This document shows, piece by piece, positions 8,623 to 16,554 of a DNA stretch of 32,000 nucleotides (position 1 is the first letter of the stretch; each line of letters begins with the position of its first letter). The stretch is from an uncultured archaeon (GTDB lineage Archaea; Asgardarchaeota; Thorarchaeia; Thorarchaeales; Thorarchaeaceae): NCBI GenBank assembly GCA_964354495.1, contig CAYHAA010000001.1, positions 308,075 to 340,074 of the forward strand, read 5' to 3'. Both the position numbers and the translations under genes were made by a program. A model generated the notes under the pieces. The model was not told where the DNA came from and made no database searches. It was given only the letters and a program-made list of their open reading frames with translations.

Positions 8623-9330
8623 ATGATGCAGACTGTAGACATGATTATCCGAGAAGTCCAAGCGGGACTATGGTTTCTCGTTGTTGGCTATTACTTTTTC
8701 ATCTTCATCTTCTTGTTGTTTTTCAGATGGAGAAACACGAGGAATCCATTTCAGCTTGCCATGGCTCTCTTCTTCCTCCTTTTGGCCATAGGCCGATGTT
8801 TCTACTTTATCGGCGATTTCTACGCGGATCCAAGAAGTCTGGCAGTGGGTCTTACTCCCTATCTTGGTGTTTCAGACTTCTGGCTGATGGGAGGATCCTT
8901 TTTCCAATGGATGGCTTTGGCAATCCTCTCTGCAACAGCAGGTTTTATGATTCTGGGAAAACGATGGGCGGAGATTGCGTTTGCGGTGCCCGCAGTAGCT
9001 ATCGGAGTTGCTCTTGGTTTTGTGCCTTTGGAAGCCACATTTAGAGGACTTCTCGCTGGAGTCGCAGGATTTGTTTATGCACTCTTCATACCGTTGCTCT
9101 TCTGGTACCTGGCCTACCAGTCTGGGGGAAGATTGCGAAGGTCGAATATTCTCTTGGGATTAGGCTTCTTCGTTCTCTTTGCAGGTAGAGTAATTCACTC
9201 GATCAGATATCCGATAGCCGATGCCTATTTTGGAGGTTCAATCGCAGTACCGGGCGTGATTGCTCCCGGTCTCGAAGTCATTGGTCTCATTCTGATTGCC
9301 ACAGGAAATGAATGGGGACAATCAGTATAA
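8623..9330 (+). CDS. polytopic membrane protein with about 7 TM helices
   Basis: About seven hydrophobic segments, short loops, no soluble domain. Confidence 0.75.
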   Translation: MMQTVDMIIREVQAGLWFLVVGYYFFIFIFLLFFRWRNTRNPFQLAMALFFLLLAIGRCFYFIGDFYADPRSLAVGLTPYLGVSDFWLMGGSFFQWMALAILSATAGFMILGKRWAEIAFAVPAVAIGVALGFVPLEATFRGLLAGVAGFVYALFIPLLFWYLAYQSGGRLRRSNILLGLGFFVLFAGRVIHSIRYPIADAYFGGSIAVPGVIAPGLEVIGLILIATGNEWGQSV

Positions 9331-9395
9331 TTCAATTCACAGCAGATAGTGACGCTAGAATATCATTCAGGGGAACACAGAAGAGGAAAACTGAC

Positions 9396-10007
9396 TCAAC
9401 CTATCTGTTTCCATTCGAGCATTTTCATATCCTCGAGTGTATGAAGCGACTTCTGAACTTCCTTAGTATGTCTACCAAGTTGATCAGCGATGTTTTGCGT
9501 TGTCAACATGCCTTTGCACATCTTGGCAACATCATACGTATCTTGGCTCATTTGGCCGAGTCTCACAAGCATCGGCGATACTCTTCCTTTTAGCACTGGC
9601 ACAACAATCTTGGTTTCAGACGCGTGTCCGTCCTTTGTGATTTCATCGAGACTCTTGTTGAACTTCTCGAAAGGCTCCAAGTTGCCGTCCCAAGTCACAA
9701 GCATTGCCCCGTAGATGCTAACGAATTCGTTGTTGACCTCGGCTAGAACTGCCATTGCCGCGTTTCCGTCGTCTACCTTGTCGACAATTGCCGCAACTAT
9801 GACATTGTCCTTTAGGGAGAGACAGATATCAAAGGCACCAAAGTCAATCACATGGACTCTGTTTCCATAGCTCAGTTCTCGGCCAAACTGAATCAGAGCA
9901 GTCAGAAATCCACTGATCAAGTTCGGATCCATATCTGCTGACCCGTATTTTCTATCCAGAACACAAAGTCCACTGTCAGCGACCAATATGTAGACAGCTT
10001 GAATCAT
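9396..10007 (-). CDS. longin-domain protein with a C-terminal winged helix
   Basis: Longin signature 'IQAVYILVADSGLCVLDRKY...DPNLISGFLTALIQFGREL'; C-terminal 'VAKMCKGMLTTQNIADQLGRHTKEVQKSLHTLEDMKMLEW'. Confidence 0.8.
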   Translation of the reverse strand: MIQAVYILVADSGLCVLDRKYGSADMDPNLISGFLTALIQFGRELSYGNRVHVIDFGAFDICLSLKDNVIVAAIVDKVDDGNAAMAVLAEVNNEFVSIYGAMLVTWDGNLEPFEKFNKSLDEITKDGHASETKIVVPVLKGRVSPMLVRLGQMSQDTYDVAKMCKGMLTTQNIADQLGRHTKEVQKSLHTLEDMKMLEWKQIG

Positions 10008-10133
10008 GTAAATCTCTCACTGCTTTAGTTTGAACCAATTAGCTCGCGTTTCTTTATAGAACTTTATGTGGTCGCCTCTTACTATTGGAGAGGTTTATCA
10101 GCGGGCATGTTCTTGCAGGAAACGGTGAATGGA

Positions 10134-10832
10134 TTGGACACAGCAAAGGATGCCAGGATTCTCGTTATGGAGGATGCGCTGCATCGGCTCAATGAAATCA
10201 TCGTGAATAGGAAACTGAAGTTCCATGCCGAGTATTCTAGACTCTCAGAAACACTCCAAAATGCTGGCGGTCTGATTTACGAGGTGAAATACTCCTATTT
10301 GTCTGCGGTACAGGTGGCAGACCTCGAAGCAACACGGAAGATTGTCGATAGCATTGCAGGCTTCAAGAGAATAATAGAGCAATCCATGAAGTCTACAGGA
10401 TACAAGCCTGCGACACCAAGAGAATCTCTTGTTCAAGCTGAACTATCTTATTCCTTCAGGATTGCTGAGGGACTCCAAAACAGGCTCAGAAGCTATGACG
10501 ATGATCCAGCTCATGCGGTGGATATCCTTGCCGTTGAGATAAGCCAGAGCCAATCCATTCCGGATTCAAAAAACCTCACAGAATGCCGATGCACCGACGG
10601 CATCAGAATCTGGAGGATTGCGACTAATCTCCCTGGAATCAAGAATGGCACAAGATTGGCTTGCGCTATTCTCCCTCCTGTCGACATGATGAACACGGTT
10701 AGTGAGGCTATGTTTCTAGGCAGCGCACCCCTGCCACCATCCACAGAGCTTGGTGTTCTCAAGAATCCTTCATCATCAATGCTCGACCAAGCGCGAGCTC
10801 AAGCGATTCATATCATCAAGAGGATGACATAG
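10134..10832 (+). CDS. tRNA-binding protein with C-terminal EMAP/Trbp111-like OB fold (COG2517-like)
   Basis: N-terminal DTAKDARILV; OB-fold 'IATNLPGIKNG...AILPPVDMMNTVSEAMFLG'; TTG 10134 with GGTGA RBS preferred (ORF open from 10068). Confidence 0.8.
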   Translation: MDTAKDARILVMEDALHRLNEIIVNRKLKFHAEYSRLSETLQNAGGLIYEVKYSYLSAVQVADLEATRKIVDSIAGFKRIIEQSMKSTGYKPATPRESLVQAELSYSFRIAEGLQNRLRSYDDDPAHAVDILAVEISQSQSIPDSKNLTECRCTDGIRIWRIATNLPGIKNGTRLACAILPPVDMMNTVSEAMFLGSAPLPPSTELGVLKNPSSSMLDQARAQAIHIIKRMT

Positions 10833-11174
10833 ATGCAATTCAAAGAGATACAAGCGAGGCTCGATGCTTTTGAGAAGTCACGCGGCTGGAACAAGTTCCC
10901 CGCCTCTCTTGTCTTCACTCATCTCATCGAGGAACTGGGAGAGATATCCAGATACATCACAGTAGAGGAAGGATACAAAGCCATAGGTCTTGGTCACAAG
11001 GCACCGGAGAATTCCGAGCTGCATAGAGAGTTCGCACAGGTCTTCAATCTACTCGCACAACTTGCCAATCATTTCGAAATTGATCTAGAGGATAGCATTC
11101 TCTCAGAGCTCTCTATAATGGAAGAGCGATTCTCTGCTAAAGAATGGTCTGAGTACATGAAGAATCGTCGATAG
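10833..11174 (+). CDS. MazG-like all-alpha nucleotide pyrophosphohydrolase
   Basis: LIEELGEI ... EFAQV pattern, 113 aa, abuts the upstream stop codon. Confidence 0.75.
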   Translation: MQFKEIQARLDAFEKSRGWNKFPASLVFTHLIEELGEISRYITVEEGYKAIGLGHKAPENSELHREFAQVFNLLAQLANHFEIDLEDSILSELSIMEERFSAKEWSEYMKNRR

Positions 11175-11176
11175 CA

Positions 11177-11608
11177 CTAACTCAGCTTTCTGCTTGTTTC
11201 AAGTGCTTTCTTGGCCATGTCTTCAAGATCCTTTGTTGCTGCAAGGAGACCGAGGGCCTTATTGCGAACCTGAGTAATGTTTTTCTCTTTGGCCCATTGA
11301 GCTAGACCTGTCACGAGCGGCGAAAGTGCCGTTCTTGCAGCCTCAACAGTTCCGACTGCCTTTCCAAGGAGTTCAACACCATGCTTCTTGTCCTTCCCTG
11401 CCTCAGCCACTCTGAGCCAGACAAGTGCGTGAATCATGTATAAGGCATCTAGCATCAAGGTGGGCGATTTAGGATTGTCTTGTACTTTTTTCAGAAGCCG
11501 TTCCTGTCGGTCCTCGAATACATCCTTGAAATAGCCGAATGCCTTACTGTCGTTTCCTTTGTCAAGTTCGATGATGCCCTTCTGTAGTTTTTCGTCACTC
11601 TCTGACAA
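11177..11608 (-). CDS. hypothetical alpha-helical (TPR-like) protein
   Basis: TTG start with GGAG RBS; all-helical amphipathic pattern. Confidence 0.6.
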   Translation of the reverse strand: MSESDEKLQKGIIELDKGNDSKAFGYFKDVFEDRQERLLKKVQDNPKSPTLMLDALYMIHALVWLRVAEAGKDKKHGVELLGKAVGTVEAARTALSPLVTGLAQWAKEKNITQVRNKALGLLAATKDLEDMAKKALETSRKLS

Positions 11609-11781
11609 TACTATATCGCTCCTTAGTCAGAATATCTGTGTAGATTGATGACTATGAACGCATCTATTATGATTTTCGACTCTCTGTTTAAGTGTGTGTA
11701 ACACCCTTTCTTCTGCTCACAAAGCTATTATGGGGGATTTTTTAATAGGCACCCGTCGAATATGTCTTTGGAGGACAACGA

Positions 11782-13374
11782 ATGCTTAAGACCACCCTTA
11801 CTTTTGAGGAATTGAAGAGGACCAATCATATAGAAATCAAAGAGATGCAGGAAAGGAAGTTCCGTGCATTCATACGATATCAGATATGGCCCAATCATCC
11901 CTATTATCGCCGTCTTTTCAAGGAAAACAAAGTTGACCCCTTCAACATCACTTGTTTTGAGGACTGGGCTAAGTACAATATTCCCCTCGTCAGAAAGGTC
12001 GAGTACAAGGATCATCTGCGGGAATTCGTACTGAACCCCTCTCAGGTCGATGGCGTGGATCGAGCCCCAGCTGAAATCATTAGGAATGTGATGACCTACT
12101 CAAAAGAGGCCGGAAATGATGATCAATACAAGTTCCTCCGCAACAATGGTGCTCGAGTCAAGCTTCACATTGGTGCCGAATCTGCAATGGAACGACTCAA
12201 AGGACGCATGACCTACAACTATTCACCCCTACAGTTCTGGCTCAGTTCAGGAAGAGCGTCCGGCCTCCCTTCGCCAGTCTTCTTAACACGATATGACAAC
12301 GATTTGCTTGAGAAGAACAGCGCGAAATGTGGCCAGCTTGCGATTGATAAGTTCGCGAAGGATGGGTGGCAAGCGTCCTCAATGAACCTATTCCCATATG
12401 CGCCGCATCTCGGCTGGCATGCTGTCAATGCTGGTCTGAGGCAGATAAGCAAGTTCTACATTGCCACGAGTGCTGGTGGAGCAATTCCAAGCGAAAAACT
12501 CGTTGATCTGGCAAAGGTCTTCAAGGCAAATGCTTTCACAGGAATGCCAAGCTATCTCAGAAACCGTTTCTTCAAAGCTGTGGCTGAGGCTGACTACGAA
12601 GCCCCGGAGAAGGTAGTCGTGCTCTTAGCAGGAGAGAAGATCTATCCGCGTGTTGCTGAAGACATCATTCAGATACTGACTGAAAAAGGGGCAAAGCAAG
12701 TACACCTTGTGGGAGGTTATGCCTCTTCAGAGAGCAAGGTCTCATTTGCGGTGCAATGTGACTATCACGGCCCCTATCATAATTTGTCGCCTGAGATTAT
12801 GTCATGGGAATTCGTCAGAATAAACAGTGATGGCACCTACGAGTTCGTGGACGAGGATGAACCGGGACACACCGTTCTATTCCATCTAGATAGCACCGGA
12901 ACTGTCTTCGAAGGCTTCCTCTTGGGAGATGTAGCAACAAAACATGAGGCTGGAAAATGCCCCATATGCGGTCTAGACGGCCAATTCTTCTGGGACATCG
13001 GAAGAACAAATGATGCCCAAGCGCAAATGGAAATCATGGGTCTAGCTGAAAAGAAGATTAAGGGCGCAACTGTGAATCTTACTGCGCTTCGTGCTGACCT
13101 CCTGAGTCTGGGTGAGGTCGAGGAGGTGCAGGTTGAAGTTGCTAAGGAAGATATGTCTGACCCCTATAGCATGGATGTACTCAACTTGTATATTGCACCG
13201 AAAGGCCCCAAGACCTCTGACTACTCCTCGCTGATAGCTCAAGTTCAAAAGATGACAAAGGAAAGCACTGAGGTAACTCCCAGTGTTGTGATCATTGGAT
13301 TTGAGGAGCTAGTCGAGAAAGCTGGCGGCATGAAGTTCATGGAGATCATCGACAGTAGACCTAAGCCTGCCTAG
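11782..13374 (+). CDS. phenylacetate-CoA ligase (PaaK)-like adenylate-forming enzyme
   Basis: HPYYRRLFKE..VDP, P-loop SSGRASGLP, GMPSYL, LLAGEK, GGYASSE, LGD, CPICG, KIKGATV. Confidence 0.82.
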   Translation: MLKTTLTFEELKRTNHIEIKEMQERKFRAFIRYQIWPNHPYYRRLFKENKVDPFNITCFEDWAKYNIPLVRKVEYKDHLREFVLNPSQVDGVDRAPAEIIRNVMTYSKEAGNDDQYKFLRNNGARVKLHIGAESAMERLKGRMTYNYSPLQFWLSSGRASGLPSPVFLTRYDNDLLEKNSAKCGQLAIDKFAKDGWQASSMNLFPYAPHLGWHAVNAGLRQISKFYIATSAGGAIPSEKLVDLAKVFKANAFTGMPSYLRNRFFKAVAEADYEAPEKVVVLLAGEKIYPRVAEDIIQILTEKGAKQVHLVGGYASSESKVSFAVQCDYHGPYHNLSPEIMSWEFVRINSDGTYEFVDEDEPGHTVLFHLDSTGTVFEGFLLGDVATKHEAGKCPICGLDGQFFWDIGRTNDAQAQMEIMGLAEKKIKGATVNLTALRADLLSLGEVEEVQVEVAKEDMSDPYSMDVLNLYIAPKGPKTSDYSSLIAQVQKMTKESTEVTPSVVIIGFEELVEKAGGMKFMEIIDSRPKPA

Positions 13375-13409
13375 TAGTTTAGAAACGTGTCGACTAATCA
13401 TGGGCTGAA

Positions 13410-13751
13410 TCACGTGGCACTCTTGAATCTCTCTTTCATGCCAGGCAGGTTCAGGTAAACTACTATTATGGCGGACAGGATGACTCCTATCCAGTTCCCC
13501 CCGAACAGGGAGAACGCGAATCCAATTATGTTTAGAATGACTGCCCATGTCCATGCATATCCTTGCATTGTAAACAACCCATAGGCAATGAAGAGACCAA
13601 ACAGACCTACTATGGCGAAGGGTATTGCAATCAGCAGTCCAAGAATCGGGATTAGCAGGTATGCAGCGCCCTGGAGGAGTACTCCGAGGGCTTGAAGTGC
13701 CTGCAATACTGCTAGAATCAGTACTCCAATAGGTAAGCTCTTCTGAGTCAT
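13410..13751 (-). CDS. small 4-TM membrane protein
   Basis: Four hydrophobic segments; GGTGTGA RBS; C-terminal 'YL..P..K..F' pattern. Confidence 0.7.
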   Translation of the reverse strand: MTQKSLPIGVLILAVLQALQALGVLLQGAAYLLIPILGLLIAIPFAIVGLFGLFIAYGLFTMQGYAWTWAVILNIIGFAFSLFGGNWIGVILSAIIVVYLNLPGMKERFKSAT

Positions 13752-13845
13752 TGATAGTCACACCGAATACATCTCTGAATATGGCTTGTTAGTAATCCTA
13801 CGTAATGGTTGCCCGCGCTTCGAGGCATCTCTCGAGAATGTGAGT

Positions 13846-13873
13846 CTGCCCGAGGAAAAGAGACCCCGGGCAG
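13846..13873 (-). terminator. GC-rich stem-loop just downstream of the arcE-like stop codon (terminator or RNA stability element)
   Basis: Minus strand CTGCCCGGGG-TCTCTTTT-CCTCGGGCAG: 10-bp stem with one G-U pair and an 8-nt loop, 9 nt after the TGA. Confidence 0.4.
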
Positions 13874-13882
13874 TTAGTATAA

Positions 13883-15214
13883 TCATTTCAGATTATGTTT
13901 CTTCACAAACTCGGTCAAAATATCCACAAGGTCCGGTTTCCCAATCTCCTGCAAGTCATATCTGACTCTAACACTAGGCTTGGTAATGTTGACTACACGG
14001 TTCAGGTCAATCGGTGTTCCGATTACCACTGCATCCACATCCGCCTTGTTGATGGTTTCTTGGAGTTCAGATACCTGCTTCTTTCCGTAGCCCATCGCGG
14101 GAAGAACATTCTCAAGATGACCGTATTTCTCGAAAGTGTCTCTGATACTTCCAACAGCAAACGGCCTTGGATCCACAATTATGGCTCCGGCCTTCCTTGC
14201 AGCTATGAACCCAGCACCATAGGGCATCTCCCCGTGTGTTACGGTGGGTCCATCCTCTACCACAATGACTCTCTTTCCGCGAATCGATTCCATCTTTTCG
14301 ATTGTGAGGGGTGATGCTCCATCGATGATGATTGCCTTGGGATTTACAGCCATAATGTTCTCTCTGATCTCTTCCACATCCTCATAGTCTGCAGTGTCAA
14401 TCTTGTTGATGATAACTACATCCGCCATCCTAAGGTTTGTCTCGCCTGGGTAGTATGATACTTCGTGACCAGGCCTGTGAGCATCAGCGATGACAATGAG
14501 TAGGTCTGGCTTGTAGAACGAGAAGTCGTTGTTGCCACCATCCCATGTGATAACATCCGCTTCTTTTTCTGCCTGCTCAAGAATCTTGCCATAGTCCACT
14601 CCTGCGTAAAGAATGACTCCCATATTGATCATGGGCTCATACTCCTCACGTTCCTCTATCGTGCACCTATACTTGTCCATGTCCTCCAGGTTCTCATACC
14701 TCTGTGCAATCTGCGATGTGAGGTCTGGATCATATGGCATCGGGTGCCTGATGTTGACCGGTTTGAGATCCATATCCACTAGAATCTGGTTCACGCGTCT
14801 TGACGTCTGGCTCTTACCGCAACCTGTCCGAACAGCACAGATTGCCACAACTGGCTTCTTGCTCTTTATCGAAGTCGTTTTCGGACCCATGAAACGAATA
14901 TCAGGACCGAGCTTATTGACCCAGGCTATTTTGTGACCAACCACCTCATATGGAAGATCCGAATAGGCGAGAATACACTGCTCAACATCGAACTTCTTGA
15001 TTAGTTCTGGCAGTTTCCCTTCAGGATATATCTTGATACCTTTTGGGTAGAGTGGCCCCGCAAGTTCTGGAGGGTACATTCGATCTCCGATTCCAGGGAT
15101 TTGTTCAGCAGTGAAGGCCACAACCTCATAATCTTCGTTATTTCGGAAGTAGACATTGAAGTTATGGAAGTCGCGACCAGCGGCGCCCATGATGATTATT
15201 TTCTTCTTGCTCAT
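13883..15214 (-). CDS. arcE: ArcE-like arginine synthetase (COG2403 P-loop 'GTPase' family)
   Basis: Family signature IMGAAGRDFHNFN..F....YEVVAFTA.QIP.I..R.YPPELAG.LYP.GI, Walker A RTGCGKS, WDGGNND, VEDGPTVTHGEM. Confidence 0.75.
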   Translation of the reverse strand: MSKKKIIIMGAAGRDFHNFNVYFRNNEDYEVVAFTAEQIPGIGDRMYPPELAGPLYPKGIKIYPEGKLPELIKKFDVEQCILAYSDLPYEVVGHKIAWVNKLGPDIRFMGPKTTSIKSKKPVVAICAVRTGCGKSQTSRRVNQILVDMDLKPVNIRHPMPYDPDLTSQIAQRYENLEDMDKYRCTIEEREEYEPMINMGVILYAGVDYGKILEQAEKEADVITWDGGNNDFSFYKPDLLIVIADAHRPGHEVSYYPGETNLRMADVVIINKIDTADYEDVEEIRENIMAVNPKAIIIDGASPLTIEKMESIRGKRVIVVEDGPTVTHGEMPYGAGFIAARKAGAIIVDPRPFAVGSIRDTFEKYGHLENVLPAMGYGKKQVSELQETINKADVDAVVIGTPIDLNRVVNITKPSVRVRYDLQEIGKPDLVDILTEFVKKHNLK

Positions 15215-15385
15215 TTTGAGTCCACTCCACTTGTCGGTGGGTTCACGGCAAATTGACCCATCAGGCAGGTTAAGTAATTGTTGGTCTATTCAATAGTGTA
15301 GAATGCACAATGAGTTGGACATTCTAGCACAGCTGTGTATCGACTATCGGACAGTTTTACTAGAATTGATTAATAGTGATTATGC

Positions 15386-15449
15386 CTTCGGAAAATCGCA
15401 GTTAAAATCTTCCGAAGATGGGTTCGCAAAATCGAACCGAATCCGGAAA
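15386..15449. promoter_or_regulatory. cluster of direct and inverted repeats upstream of the E2F-like gene (candidate operator)
   Basis: TTCGGAAAATCG (15387-98) and TTCGCAAAATCG (15423-34); inverted pairs CTTCGGAA/TTCCGAAG (15386-93/15410-17) and GGTTCG/CGAACC (15421-26/15433-38). Confidence 0.4.
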
Positions 15450-15536
15450 CAATACAAAGCATTAAATACGCGGTGCTTCCATTATGAAAGAAGAGCGTTT
15501 TTCTGAGCCCATCGCCGGATTGATAAGTGGGGTGCA

Positions 15537-16091
15537 TTGTTGAAGCTAGTTGAATTGGCTCTGGAGTCAGTCAGGATTCTGAAGGATGCAGGGGAGGCCG
15601 GTATCAAGAGCGACATATTAGCTCAACGGCTCAATACTCCTAAACGCAGAGTGTATGATGTCATCGCTGTTCTAAGGTCTCTAGGCCAAGTGGATACAAG
15701 TAGAAAGTTCGATGGGACAACGATTGTATGGATAGATCATTCAAAGGATTTCATCCCAAGGCAAAATCATGAAGAACTGCGAGTTCGGCTGAATCAAGAA
15801 AGTGAGGAACGCAAGCAGTTTCAAGTCCAAGTAGCAGAGTTAAAAGAGCAACTCAGAATCACAAAATCCAAACTCAGAAGAGATGTCCAGGCTATTGAGA
15901 TGGTAAACAAGACCGAGTTTCTAACGACACAACTCCGGGTACGTGCACTATCAAGTAATGGAATCAAGAAGGTCGAACATTCGGGAATCGAAGTCCTCAT
16001 TGAGACCCATGAATCCGGCATGGTGGCTGACCCAACTGAACTAGAGGTTGACGAAAACGCAGCTCTTCTGAAGAACCTGCAGCGCATATGA
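15537..16091 (+). CDS. E2F/DP-like winged-helix transcription factor with coiled coil and a beta-rich C-terminal domain
   Basis: GGGGTG RBS + TTG; KRRVYDVIAVLRSLG...IVW matches the E2F/DP RRxYD recognition helix; coiled coil follows. Confidence 0.75.
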   Translation: MLKLVELALESVRILKDAGEAGIKSDILAQRLNTPKRRVYDVIAVLRSLGQVDTSRKFDGTTIVWIDHSKDFIPRQNHEELRVRLNQESEERKQFQVQVAELKEQLRITKSKLRRDVQAIEMVNKTEFLTTQLRVRALSSNGIKKVEHSGIEVLIETHESGMVADPTELEVDENAALLKNLQRI

Positions 16092-16096
16092 TCATG

Positions 16097-16483
16097 TCAT
16101 AATGTCTTGATGTGCACCATGCTACCTCTTCTTACACCCCTCAGAGAATTGATTCGGTCTGCATTTGACGTCACCTTACCCAGAATATTGACTTGACTAT
16201 AGGTATGTCCATTATCCAGATAGATACAGAGTGCGTCTCCAAGCGGCATATATGCGATGTCGCCCTTCTTCACTTCGTTAGTAGGTTTGGCGTTTCCCTT
16301 TGATATGCCCAAAGTGATTTGCAGCTCGTTTCGTACGAGTGCAATTCGTCCTTCCAGAGGGAGTCTAAATTTTATCTCCTCAACGAGGAGAGGGGCATGA
16401 ATCCTGTTGATGATTCCTTCAATTGCAATGCCCCCTTCAAAGTTGAACACAAGATGGACATCTGTATCACTCAAATCTGGCAT
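16097..16483 (-). CDS. cyclophilin-like fold protein (TM1367/AF2241-like)
   Basis: APLLVEEI...LPL, EVKKGDIAYMPLGDALCIYL, VNILGKV. Confidence 0.75.
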   Translation of the reverse strand: MPDLSDTDVHLVFNFEGGIAIEGIINRIHAPLLVEEIKFRLPLEGRIALVRNELQITLGISKGNAKPTNEVKKGDIAYMPLGDALCIYLDNGHTYSQVNILGKVTSNADRINSLRGVRRGSMVHIKTL

Positions 16484-16554
16484 ACGTCTTCCTTCGTGTA
16501 TCGCCCTAAAATGTGCTGCGCTTAGTTCTTCGGCAAAGGCTTAATTGGACACAT

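Noticed and set aside
13846-13873. SECIS interpretation of the hairpin
   Set aside because: No adjacent gene has a plausible in-frame Sec TGA, and I do not see SECIS core motifs
13883-15214. Annotation as cyclic 2,3-diphosphoglycerate synthase or generic GTPase
   Set aside because: The N-terminal GAAGRDFHNFN signature fits the ArcE-type subfamily; true CpgS has a different N-terminus (DGEHY motif, from recall)
15303-15506. 67-aa ORF upstream of the E2F-like gene
   Set aside because: No RBS or recognisable motif, and it overlaps the probable promoter/operator region; a real micro-protein cannot be fully excluded
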